Counted from the first letter of the stretch, positions 20,159-28,719 are shown. The stretch: DNA of 64,000 bases from an uncultured Gammaproteobacteria bacterium (GCA_964517135.1 CAZFBA010000003.1:140863-204862), one strand, 5' to 3'. Translations and numbers: made by a program. The notes: generated by a model not told the origin, from the sequence alone.

Positions 20159-21997
20159 ATGAACAAAAACATGGGTTCAACGCTTTTAATCGTCTTGTTT
20201 ATAGCACTTGTTGCTCTGGCAATATCTATTTCAATGATGCAATTGACGACTTCAAAAACCACTATGGCAGTCAATAACAAATATGCACTGCAAGCTTATT
20301 ATGCTGCTGAAGCAGGCATGAATAAAGCTATACTTGAACTTACTAATTATGCAGGTAATCTTCAAACTGTTACAAATGCTGACCTCAATAACCTTGCTGA
20401 CGAAAACACAAAAGCTGCAATGGGTTCCAGTAACGATATTGAGTATTATGTTGAGCTTCAGAATCAATCTGCTGACCAGATTACTGTTAGTGCTACGGGA
20501 GAATATAAAGGCTTTCGCAAGCGACTGATAAGCCGCCTGGAACGTGATACTTCATCTGCTTTTGATTATGGCCTTTTATCTGATAAGTATATTGATATTT
20601 CTACTGGCAAAATAACTTTCCAGATGGATATTCACACCAACTGTGAGATTTTCTCTAACGGTAATGCTGATAACTATGATCGACTGGGTACAACTTCTAC
20701 TGCTACAGCTAGTGCTCTTAACAATTGTCCATCATTTAGCAGCAAAGGTAATAGTCAGGGCAGTGGAGGAAAGGGAAATACAAGGACTAACGAATTCTGG
20801 GGTGTTTATGGTGATGAAGTTGACGTACCGGACGTTAATTTTACCTATTTTTACCAGGAAGCACTTACTGATGGCTGGATCTTTACAGCTCAAGACTTTT
20901 CATCAACTCCCAATCTTCGTGTTCAAACAACAGGTACAACTCTTTCAGCTCTTCCGTTTGAAAGAAAAGAAACTTATATTGCTAATACAAACCTGCCCGC
21001 TAACTATGTTATGAGTATGGCTTCATTAAATATTAATACTAAAACAGCAGGGTTGGCTTCAGTTAATATGCCGGCTAAACCATTTGAAAACATTATTGGT
21101 CTTGCTATCAGACAGTTTGGCCTTTTTGATATAAATAATTATGCATCTCTATATTTTAATAATAACTATGCTAAATATGTTATTGCAGGCGGTCAGGGAA
21201 AAGCAGTAGGCCATGAAGATGATCCCGATCCAACACCTGAGCCTACACCAGAACCCACACCTGATGACAGTATTTTTGAAGACCCGGATGATGTTGATTT
21301 TCCTGATGAAGAAGCTGGAAATGAAGATGATAGCTCGTTTTCTGACGAAAGCAGTGATGATAGCGGCAATAAGGGCAAAGGCGGTGGTAATGATAATAGC
21401 AACAGCGGCAACAATAATGCTTCAGGTGGCCCTGGTGATTATGTTATAACTATTGATGCCGGTGATTATGGTGGAAAAGTTCTCTATATAGACAACCCGG
21501 GAGATGCCAGCAGTATAGAAGTCAACTTTAACGGTATTGTTAAAAATCTTGCTATTATTGTTGAAGGAGATGGTGCACTTATGTTTCATGGTGCAGACCT
21601 TGGCAGTGGAAACCCACATGATGTACCTGATGATCTTGATACTGACGGTAATTTCAAAAGTGGTCACGATCACAGGGGCATAGAAGACTTTATTATTGCA
21701 GCTAATGGCAATATAGAACATTATGGGCGACTGGTTGCCAAATCTGGTCTTTACTGGACCAATGGAGCATACTCTCAAAATGGTCGTGATACATATTTTA
21801 ACTCCAGAATTATTGCTAAAGGCAATATTAGTTCTACCGGTCGTTTTACCATGCTTACTGATGGTAATCTTACCAGCTATGATTTTGCACCTACAATTAT
21901 AAAAGTTATTTCCTGGCGTGAGGTTCCGATTAGTTCAACAAGCAGCTACGGTGCTGGCACTGGCTATTCAGCCGGTGAGAACCAAACAACACAATAA
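20159..21997 (+). CDS. PilX_N-domain type IV pilus minor pilin-like protein with an acidic/Thr-Pro low-complexity linker
   Basis: ATG at 20159 with SD AGAGAGGAAAGAG (the track ORF starting at 20117 is probably over-extended). N-terminus MNKNMGSTLLIVLFIALVALAISISMMQ ... AYYAAEAGMNKAILEL matches the PilX_N pattern. Internal DPDPTPEPTPEPTPDD...SDESSDDSGNKGKGGGNDNSNSGNNN linker. Confidence 0.65.
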   Translation: MNKNMGSTLLIVLFIALVALAISISMMQLTTSKTTMAVNNKYALQAYYAAEAGMNKAILELTNYAGNLQTVTNADLNNLADENTKAAMGSSNDIEYYVELQNQSADQITVSATGEYKGFRKRLISRLERDTSSAFDYGLLSDKYIDISTGKITFQMDIHTNCEIFSNGNADNYDRLGTTSTATASALNNCPSFSSKGNSQGSGGKGNTRTNEFWGVYGDEVDVPDVNFTYFYQEALTDGWIFTAQDFSSTPNLRVQTTGTTLSALPFERKETYIANTNLPANYVMSMASLNINTKTAGLASVNMPAKPFENIIGLAIRQFGLFDINNYASLYFNNNYAKYVIAGGQGKAVGHEDDPDPTPEPTPEPTPDDSIFEDPDDVDFPDEEAGNEDDSSFSDESSDDSGNKGKGGGNDNSNSGNNNASGGPGDYVITIDAGDYGGKVLYIDNPGDASSIEVNFNGIVKNLAIIVEGDGALMFHGADLGSGNPHDVPDDLDTDGNFKSGHDHRGIEDFIIAANGNIEHYGRLVAKSGLYWTNGAYSQNGRDTYFNSRIIAKGNISSTGRFTMLTDGNLTSYDFAPTIIKVISWREVPISSTSSYGAGTGYSAGENQTTQ

Positions 21998-22023
21998 TTT
22001 TACTGGATACATTATAGAAAAAT

Positions 22024-22050
22024 AGCTCCTTTTTTGGGGCTATTTTTTAG
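22024..22050. terminator. possible bidirectional hairpin terminator between convergent genes
   Basis: atagctcc-tttttt-ggggctat followed by a T-run; imperfect stem (one mismatch); lies between the + gene ending at 21997 and the - gene ending at 22040. Confidence 0.35.
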
Positions 22051-22558
22051 TGGCTTGTGGCCTTGGGGTAAAGCATTCATAGAACTCTTTGCGGTGCTGA
22101 TCCTCTGATTCCCAACTTAGGTTGTAAAGTTTAAGCTGGTTTTCCTCATTTATAAAGTATAGATTGAGCAAAACAGTTTGATGTTCATATATAATCGGCT
22201 GAATAGCCTGATAGAAATAGTCTTTTCCTGTGAAAGTATACACAAAGAGACCTTTAAAACCCCGTTTCTCTTTAGGAATAGACTTAACTTCTCCGAGATA
22301 TAGTTCAAGGCAAGAAGGATACTGAAGTAGTTCCCTCTGAATATTCTTATTTTCTGTTATAGCCTTACTGGTCAGGTTTTCATCGGTGAGAAGTTCATAA
22401 AAAGGCTTTTTTTGAAAGTGTTCAAGAGCAAGGTCTGTTTTATGGTCTAAGAGAGCCTTTTGGGGGCTTGTAAGAGTAAATTCCTCACTAATATTAGGGT
22501 TGGGGCAGCAAGCCCCTGTTAAACCTGCAAGCATGAGAGCCAGAAGTAATTTTCTCAA
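22040..22558 (-). CDS. hypothetical lipoprotein
   Basis: TTG start; signal peptide with lipobox (MRKLLLALMLAGLTGAC). Confidence 0.5.
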   Translation of the reverse strand: MRKLLLALMLAGLTGACCPNPNISEEFTLTSPQKALLDHKTDLALEHFQKKPFYELLTDENLTSKAITENKNIQRELLQYPSCLELYLGEVKSIPKEKRGFKGLFVYTFTGKDYFYQAIQPIIYEHQTVLLNLYFINEENQLKLYNLSWESEDQHRKEFYECFTPRPQATKK

Positions 22559-22685
22559 AAAATTTCATCCCTCCTAATTATTCATTAAAGTATAACTAAA
22601 TTGACCGGTCAATATTAATATAAACCTGCTAATTAACCATGTGGTAGATTTAAAAAGAATAATTGTATGAAACTATCAAATAGTA

Positions 22686-22886
22686 ATGTCAAAAAAGGCA
22701 GAATTAAATATGATGAAAGAGCAAAGTTACACTAATATTAATGAAGAATGCCTACTGAAATATTTAAATAATCCTGATAACCTTGGCTTATCTGTTGAAG
22801 TATTAAAAGAGTTATTAAAAGATACTGAAATTAAAGACAAAAAATCCTGTGGTTTATTAGCAAAATACCTGTGGCGTAAAAAATAG
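22686..22886 (+). CDS. hypothetical small protein (66 aa)
   Basis: ATG start; ORF lies in an intergenic context; no motif recognised. Confidence 0.3.
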   Translation: MSKKAELNMMKEQSYTNINEECLLKYLNNPDNLGLSVEVLKELLKDTEIKDKKSCGLLAKYLWRKK

Positions 22887-22960
22887 ATAGTTAATTACAT
22901 ATGTAGGATCAGTGCATAACTTAAAATTTTTTCGATTTTCAAAACCCTTGCCATGGCTAG

Positions 22961-23185
22961 CACTTAATCACAATTGCCCTGCTAGCTTCGTACGCTCACT
23001 CAAGTTTTCGTTCGCTTGAGCTTTTCTGGAGTCATGTTTGCAGAGGTTATAACCCCTTGCTCCCTCGCTAAAGGAGGGTTTCAGTGCGCCGGGGTGCGTG
23101 ACCGCACTGGACTACAATTGCCCTGAAACCTGACCCCTGAGGGTGGGTGGGCGGGCCCTGAGCTGGCGAAGCCAGCCTCCTGCTT
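22961..23185 (+). repeat. GC-rich hairpin-dense element, copy A (candidate structured ncRNA or repeat family); diverged, shortened copy B at 41148..41278 in reverse orientation
   Basis: Roughly 55% GC island in an AT-rich genome. Multiple perfect hairpins (ctcaag/cttgag; ccctc-gctaaag-gaggg; cagtgcg...cgcactg; ctggc-gaa-gccag). Internal direct repeat acaattgccctg (22971 and 23115). Copy B shares the 5' block caattgccctg...gctcactcaagt...agtcatgtttgcagaggt and the 3' block acccctgRgggtgggcggg. Confidence 0.6.
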
Positions 23186-23460
23186 TTAATACATGTTCAG
23201 ACAGCACCAGAAAAATTAGCTCTCCTGCAATACCCTCAAAACTATCAGGCCCAGCAGCAATCTGCTAAATAAACCTTTCCCCCAAAATATTGAAATCTAT
23301 TACTCTGCATAGCAAACACAAACACCAGCCATATACCCTAAAAAAAATTAACCTGTAATGATATGTTTATCTATTTACATTGTGATAATATTATTTAAGA
23401 CAAGTGAATAAACTATTGAGCAAAAAGACTTATTATGAATGCAGGCGAGGTATATAACCG

Positions 23461-24114
23461 GTGAAAAACATTAGAGTAATTCTGGCTGATGATCATACAG
23501 TGTTTCGTCAGGGTTTAAAAAGCCTTTTATCTCTTGAAGAGGATATCAAAGTCGTTAGCGAAGCTGCTAACGGCAAAGAAGCCATTGATTATGCTAAACA
23601 AATGCACCCTGACATAATCATTATGGATATCAATATGCCCATTCTTAATGGCCTTGAAGCAACAAAAAAAATTAAAGAAGAACTACCTAAAACAAAAATT
23701 ATTATTCTCACCAGTCAGGGTGATGATAAAAGCATTTTTAATCTTATAGAAGCTGGCGCAGAGGGCTATTTGCTTAAAGATGTTGCTGCTGAAAACCTCG
23801 TAAGCGCTATTCGTGACGTTCAACAGGGTAAATCTATCTTGCACCCTGAAGTAACTCAAAAATTATTAACACGTTTTGTAAAAAAAGACGATCCTTCTAA
23901 ATCTAAACCCCAGGATCTCCTAACTGATAGAGAAGTAGAAGTTCTTAAAGCTCTTGCAAAAGGATACACCAACCAGCAGATTGCCGAGGAACTCTATATT
24001 TCTCAAAGAACAGTACAAAATCACCTGCATAACATATATAATAAATTAGGTATTAACGGAAGAACTGAAGCTGTTATTTATGCCATTCAGGAAGGTATTA
24101 TTACTAAAGAATAG
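23461..24114 (+). CDS. NarL/FixJ (LuxR-type) family two-component response regulator
   Basis: Receiver domain (VILADDHTVFRQGLKSLL...IIMDINMP) plus C-terminal LuxR HTH (EVLKALAKGYTNQQIAEELYISQRTVQNHLHNIYNKLGI); GTG start with a GAGGT SD. Confidence 0.85.
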   Translation: MKNIRVILADDHTVFRQGLKSLLSLEEDIKVVSEAANGKEAIDYAKQMHPDIIIMDINMPILNGLEATKKIKEELPKTKIIILTSQGDDKSIFNLIEAGAEGYLLKDVAAENLVSAIRDVQQGKSILHPEVTQKLLTRFVKKDDPSKSKPQDLLTDREVEVLKALAKGYTNQQIAEELYISQRTVQNHLHNIYNKLGINGRTEAVIYAIQEGIITKE

Positions 24115-25708
24115 CGTGCTATTGCTAACTATAGCACTTCTTGTAGCAGTTATTTTTACGGGATGTATCAGTTCTAAAAAACAGCCTGAGAAACCCGATA
24201 AGATTGCTAATGCTGAATTTAACCCTCAACCCTTTGTCAGAGAAGATAAATCTGTTGTTAAAGTCTGTCAGAGTGAAACCAGGCCAAAAAGTCTTGACCC
24301 GATAAGCTTTGATAATAAGCTTGATGAGATAACATTCCACATCTTTGATCGTCTGGTCAAGTGGGATGAAAACGGCAAGATCATAAAAGACCTCGCTGAA
24401 GACTTTGAACGACTTGATGATAGAACATTTCTCTTTAAACTGCGTAAAGGCATTAAATTTCATAACGGTGAGCCCTTCGATGCCCGTTCTGTCAGGTTTT
24501 CTATTGAACGTTTAATTGACCCCGCTACAAAATCACCGGGCTATTCACTATTGAGTACTATAAGCAAAGTGGAAATCATTGATCCTTATACTGTTAAAAT
24601 AATTACCTCACAGCCTGATTATCTCTTTATCAGGAAACTGGCACTGGTTCAAATATTACCTGAAAAGTATTTTAAAGAAGCAGGCCCTGAAAAATTCGGA
24701 CAGCACCCCATTGGCACATCTGCTTACAAGTTTAAAGCCTGGAAAGAAGATGGTTCTCTTGTGCTTACAAAAAATGAAAACTACTGGGGCCGAAAAAAAC
24801 CTCGTATACCATCAATAATTTTTAAATTTATTAAAGTCAATAAACTTTCACGGAAAGAACAGCTCGACGCTCTTTTTAATGGCGAAGTGGATCTTATTAC
24901 TGAATTGCCAGGCATACACAGCCTGAAAGTATCCAAAAACCCCCGCACTAAAGTTATTAAAATGCCCAATCAAACAAAAGTACACAAAATGCTCTTTAAC
25001 TCTTCAAGGCCCCCTTTCTCAAACATTAACGCCAGAAAAGCTGTTAATCTAGCCCTGAACAGAGATATATTAATTAAAGTACTGGCTAAAGGCAATGGGC
25101 GCAAGATTGCTACTAATTCTATCAGGCTTGAATTTGGGCACAATCCAGATTTGAAACCTTATCCCTATGATCTGGATCAGGCTAAAGACCTGCTTAAAGA
25201 TATTCCACCTGAACAGCTCAATATTAAAATTGCTGTAACACAGGAAACAGAACTAATTGCACAGGCCGTCAAAAAAGACCTTGAAAGAGTGGGTATAACC
25301 TCAAACTATACGGTTATGAGTGTTAATGAAATGGCTAAAAAACTTTCTACGGCCAAGCATGATGATAATATTACCTGGGATTATGACCTGACAATATACT
25401 CTGGCGTGGATCCATTTATGCATGTAGGCTTTCTATATGGCCTGGCTATCTATTCTAAAGGGCCGTGGTCTACCACTGAAAATGAAGAGGTCGATAGAAT
25501 CTATGAAGAGCTTAAAGTAACTCTGGATAAAGAAAAACAGCTAGAACTTTGCCATAAACTTGAAGAACTTGCATACTATAATTACTGGTATACACCTGTG
25601 TTTCAGGTCATAAGCACTTATGGTGCTGCCAGAGATCTGCACCTGAAAAGCTCTGCAACTTCTTTTATTAATCTGAAAGATGCATACTTCGAGGATGTTG
25701 AAGAATAA
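24080..25708 (+). CDS. ABC transporter substrate-binding protein, family 5 (peptide/nickel type), lipoprotein
   Basis: SBP_bac_5-like core (FHIFDRLVKWDENGKIIKDLAEDFERLDDRTFLFKLRKGIKFHNGEPFDARSVRFS); signal peptide with lipobox (IFTGC); the 5' end overlaps the response-regulator gene by 35 nt. Confidence 0.8.
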   Translation: MPFRKVLLLKNSVLLLTIALLVAVIFTGCISSKKQPEKPDKIANAEFNPQPFVREDKSVVKVCQSETRPKSLDPISFDNKLDEITFHIFDRLVKWDENGKIIKDLAEDFERLDDRTFLFKLRKGIKFHNGEPFDARSVRFSIERLIDPATKSPGYSLLSTISKVEIIDPYTVKIITSQPDYLFIRKLALVQILPEKYFKEAGPEKFGQHPIGTSAYKFKAWKEDGSLVLTKNENYWGRKKPRIPSIIFKFIKVNKLSRKEQLDALFNGEVDLITELPGIHSLKVSKNPRTKVIKMPNQTKVHKMLFNSSRPPFSNINARKAVNLALNRDILIKVLAKGNGRKIATNSIRLEFGHNPDLKPYPYDLDQAKDLLKDIPPEQLNIKIAVTQETELIAQAVKKDLERVGITSNYTVMSVNEMAKKLSTAKHDDNITWDYDLTIYSGVDPFMHVGFLYGLAIYSKGPWSTTENEEVDRIYEELKVTLDKEKQLELCHKLEELAYYNYWYTPVFQVISTYGAARDLHLKSSATSFINLKDAYFEDVEE

Positions 25709-25913
25709 GATTGTTTTTACCCTCCTCACCCACTGTCCGGTTAAATTTTTTCTGAGGGTCTGGGTTTAGGTTCTGCATTGGCCAAAACCCTAAAAATAAT
25801 CTGGAGTTACGCTTTTAAAGCAAAATGGTATAATAATCTACAAATAATAAACAATAATAATAATGAAAATTATTTATTCTTTGATTATTATATCCCTATA
25901 ATAGGAGAAATAT

Positions 25914-26246
25914 ATGACACAGATAGATATAATAAAATTAGATCAGGAAAGGCTTGACTTTTCAACTATAGTTAATCTGGAAAAAGAAGTCTTTAAGGTT
26001 CTTAAAACCGGAGCTAGAGGCATTATTATAGATTTTAGCAATGTAAGCTACCTTGATAGCAGAGCAGTAGGCATGATGGTTAGTATGAAAATGTTGTGTA
26101 ACAACAAAAAAGTAGCACTGGCAATATGCAACTTGACCCCTGATGTCAGGTATATCTTTAAAGTTACTGCCGTTGATACGGCTATACCAGTATTTGAAAC
26201 CGAAAAAGAAGCTTCTGAGGCACTTATTGAGGAAATAGATGAGTGA
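25914..26246 (+). CDS. STAS-domain protein (anti-sigma-factor antagonist, SpoIIAA-like)
   Basis: 110 aa; STAS fold signature GARGIIIDFSNVSYLDSRAVGMMVSMKML...; AGGAG SD; overlaps the next gene by 8 nt. Confidence 0.8.
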   Translation: MTQIDIIKLDQERLDFSTIVNLEKEVFKVLKTGARGIIIDFSNVSYLDSRAVGMMVSMKMLCNNKKVALAICNLTPDVRYIFKVTAVDTAIPVFETEKEASEALIEEIDE

Positions 26247-27762
26247 GAGCAAGTTTTCATTACTGAAAAATCTCTTAACACCATCTATTCTGGATTCTAT
26301 ATTTGTTGTTCTGCTAATATTTATAATCTTTTATGACCAGGGTGCTCAAATATTAAAGGATGGTGATACTGGTTTTCATATTATGACGGGCCGGTATATA
26401 CTTGATAATCTTCAATTTCCTTCTCATGATGTTTTTTCTTATACCTCTTATGGCAAAGAATGGGTGGCTTTTTCATGGGCTACTGGCGTTCTTTTTGCCC
26501 TGATGGATAACCTAGCTGGCCTTAATGGCGTGGTTTTATTAAACCTGCTTGTTTTACTGGCTACCTTTTATATCATCTATCGACTGTTAATGCGCTGTAA
26601 TATTAACTTTTATCTCATGGTCTTTTCGATGGTTTGCCTGATTAGCCTGACTTCTATACACTGGCTCGCCAGACCGCACCTTTTTACAATACTTTTTATG
26701 GCGTTGCTATTTTATATGCTTGAAATCGCAAGAGAAAACAAGAAGATTTATTACTTTATACCTTTAATCATACTGCTATGGGTTAATTTTCATCCTGGTT
26801 TTATTTCGGGATTCTTTCTTTTAGGTGCATATATTGCAGGAAATATCATAGAATACCTGATTGCTAAAGCTGAAGATAGAAAAAGACATCTCCATACAGC
26901 ACGTATTATAAGTATGACAATGCTGGCATCTGTTTTTGTGACAATACTTAACCCATATGGATTTAAGTTATATGCTTATATATATAATACTCTAACTTCC
27001 TACTGGATTGTAAATGCAACAAGAGAATATCTTTCACCAAATTTTCATAATAACTTCTCTGTTATTGTCTACGGTCTGGTTGCTGGAATACTGATAATGG
27101 CCGGACTCTTATCACAAAGAAGGGTTCTTGACATACCCAAAATTTTAATATTGCTTCTATGGATGCATCTTTCACTATTTGCATCAAGAAATATAGCTCT
27201 CTTTGGTATTGTTGCTATACCCTGTATGGCTCTAATGGTACAAAATGTCATTGATTCTCTGGATCTTCAATCACTGAAAGATAAGTCAGAAAAACTTCTT
27301 GTTTCTGAGCGATCACTAAAATGTCACTTTTGGCCTGCTTTGATCTTTATTATTACTGTTATTATTATCCTTAATAATGGCTATTTTTTAGATAAAAAAA
27401 TTCTGGCCTGTGATTTTTCACCAGAAAAAATGCCTGTTAATGCAATGAAATTCATTGAAAAGAACCCCGTAAAAGGCAATATACTCAACCACGATAACTG
27501 GGGAGGCTATCTTATTTATCGATATCCTGATATAAAGGTTTTTATGGATGGTCGCCTTGATATGTATCAGCAAAAATTTCTTGATGATTATCAGCGGGTG
27601 ATTACTCTAAAGCCTGGCTGGCAGGAAGTTTTAATACAACACAACATTGACTGGGCACTGATAAAAAGAAATACACTTTTACGCAATTTCTTGCTACATC
27701 ACCCGGACTGGTTTAAGGTCTATGAAGATAATGTAACAACCATATTTATTTTGAATAAATAG
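26239..27762 (+). CDS. polytopic membrane protein, putative GT-C-fold glycosyltransferase (GT39/ArnT/PMT-like); family call uncertain
   Basis: Around 12 predicted TM helices; a first periplasmic loop with conserved acidic/aromatic residues, then a large C-terminal soluble domain; distant paralog of 42085..43512. Confidence 0.5.
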   Translation: MSESKFSLLKNLLTPSILDSIFVVLLIFIIFYDQGAQILKDGDTGFHIMTGRYILDNLQFPSHDVFSYTSYGKEWVAFSWATGVLFALMDNLAGLNGVVLLNLLVLLATFYIIYRLLMRCNINFYLMVFSMVCLISLTSIHWLARPHLFTILFMALLFYMLEIARENKKIYYFIPLIILLWVNFHPGFISGFFLLGAYIAGNIIEYLIAKAEDRKRHLHTARIISMTMLASVFVTILNPYGFKLYAYIYNTLTSYWIVNATREYLSPNFHNNFSVIVYGLVAGILIMAGLLSQRRVLDIPKILILLLWMHLSLFASRNIALFGIVAIPCMALMVQNVIDSLDLQSLKDKSEKLLVSERSLKCHFWPALIFIITVIIILNNGYFLDKKILACDFSPEKMPVNAMKFIEKNPVKGNILNHDNWGGYLIYRYPDIKVFMDGRLDMYQQKFLDDYQRVITLKPGWQEVLIQHNIDWALIKRNTLLRNFLLHHPDWFKVYEDNVTTIFILNK

Positions 27763-27787
27763 CTCTTGAGTCTCAGAATAACTTGTA

Positions 27788-27850
27788 AGTTCTCAGATTC
27801 AAGAATTTGGTGCTGCTGGAATCATTAATACCTTTATTAATCAGAGGTTC
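27788..27850. repeat. intergenic repeat R1, copy 2
   Basis: See the 6998..7066 entry; this copy lies between convergent genes. Confidence 0.7.
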
Positions 27851-27855
27851 TTTCT

Positions 27856-28050
27856 CTATTTAGACATTACTTTTACAAAATAATCTATTGACCTGTTATA
27901 AGTCTTTTCTGCCTCTGTCGGGAAATAACATCCTACCATCTGGCCCTGTTTTCTGTGATATTCTATGCATTCACAACATATGCCATGCCTTGAACAGGAT
28001 GTATAAGTACAGGTGCATTTAGGGTTTGATTGAGCATTTTTACATTCCAT
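27856..28050 (-). CDS. small Cys-rich protein (64 aa), probable metal-binding
   Basis: AGGAG SD at 7-nt spacing; 9 Cys arranged CTCTYTSCSRHGICCECIEYHRKQGQMVGC, resembling small Cys-rich proteins conserved in anaerobes. Confidence 0.5.
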   Translation of the reverse strand: MECKNAQSNPKCTCTYTSCSRHGICCECIEYHRKQGQMVGCYFPTEAEKTYNRSIDYFVKVMSK

Positions 28051-28141
28051 AGCTTTTCTCCTGTTTGATTTAACTGTTATTCACATATATGTTGAGTAAA
28101 ATCCGTTTCATGAAAATATTAACCAAAATGACAATGGTTTT

Positions 28142-28354
28142 CAAAGTCTGTTAATTAACCCAAATTATTCATCAATTTATAGTTTATTTATTCTAGAGGG
28201 TTTAAAAGTGCGGCGATGCCACACTTTTAAACCCGACCCACTTACTTCTGTTTCCTGCGATGTTTTAACACTGTGTTAAAAAGATGTATTCACTAGACGT
28301 CAGTTTCTATAACTGTTTAAGGTCAATTTATTAATAGTTTATGAATTAAATGGG
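28142..28354 (+). repeat. intergenic repeat R2, copy 1 (about 210 bp) with a perfect 13-bp palindrome gggtttaaaagtg-N11-cacttttaaaccc (28198..28234)
   Basis: About 90% identical to the reverse complement of 37929..38140; the central hairpin is conserved in both copies. Confidence 0.75.
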
Positions 28355-28633
28355 CTAATTAAAATTTTCAAAATTAGCTATTTTTTACCATAAATCAATT
28401 TTTTTATATTAGTTCTGGCTATAACCTTTTGTCGATAATATTGTTATAATGATTATATCAAGTAGACCCACAGAAATTTGCATAGGACTATTATCCTCTC
28501 AAGGAGAGGATTTTACTTTATATTATATACAAATGATATGCTTTTAATACCTGCAAACCGTCTTAAGAAAATACATACAGATGTTTGCAAACCAGACTCC
28601 TCGGGTTAAAATAATATAGGATAGTGTATAACT

Positions 28634-28675
28634 GGGATTTTGAAAAACGAAAAAGTTTCAAGTTATGCACCAGTC
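28634..28675 (-). repeat. intergenic repeat module R4 (reverse orientation); related copy at 22908..22948 and split remnants at 47077..47098 and 47237..47261
   Basis: The reverse complement gactggtgcataacttgaaactttttcgtttttcaaaatccc aligns to 22908 tcagtgcataacttaaaattttttcgattttcaaaaccc. Confidence 0.6.
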
Positions 28676-28719
28676 TTTAATATTAGTCCCCTGATAATAT
28701 CAGCATAGAAGCATTGAAA

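Noticed and set aside
22961-23185. Tested the GC-rich element by eye against tmRNA, RNase P RNA, SRP RNA, TPP riboswitch and cobalamin riboswitch consensus sequences
   Set aside because: It has no CCA-terminal tRNA-like domain, no GGTTCGA T-loop, no AGTCCGG (P4) and no AGGUCAGGUCC SRP motif. It has a partial GGGGTGC / GAAACCTGA resemblance to a thi-box, and its copy B sits near thiL. However, copy B lacks exactly that segment and is oriented antisense to thiL, so a TPP riboswitch call is unsupported. The element is left as unclassified.
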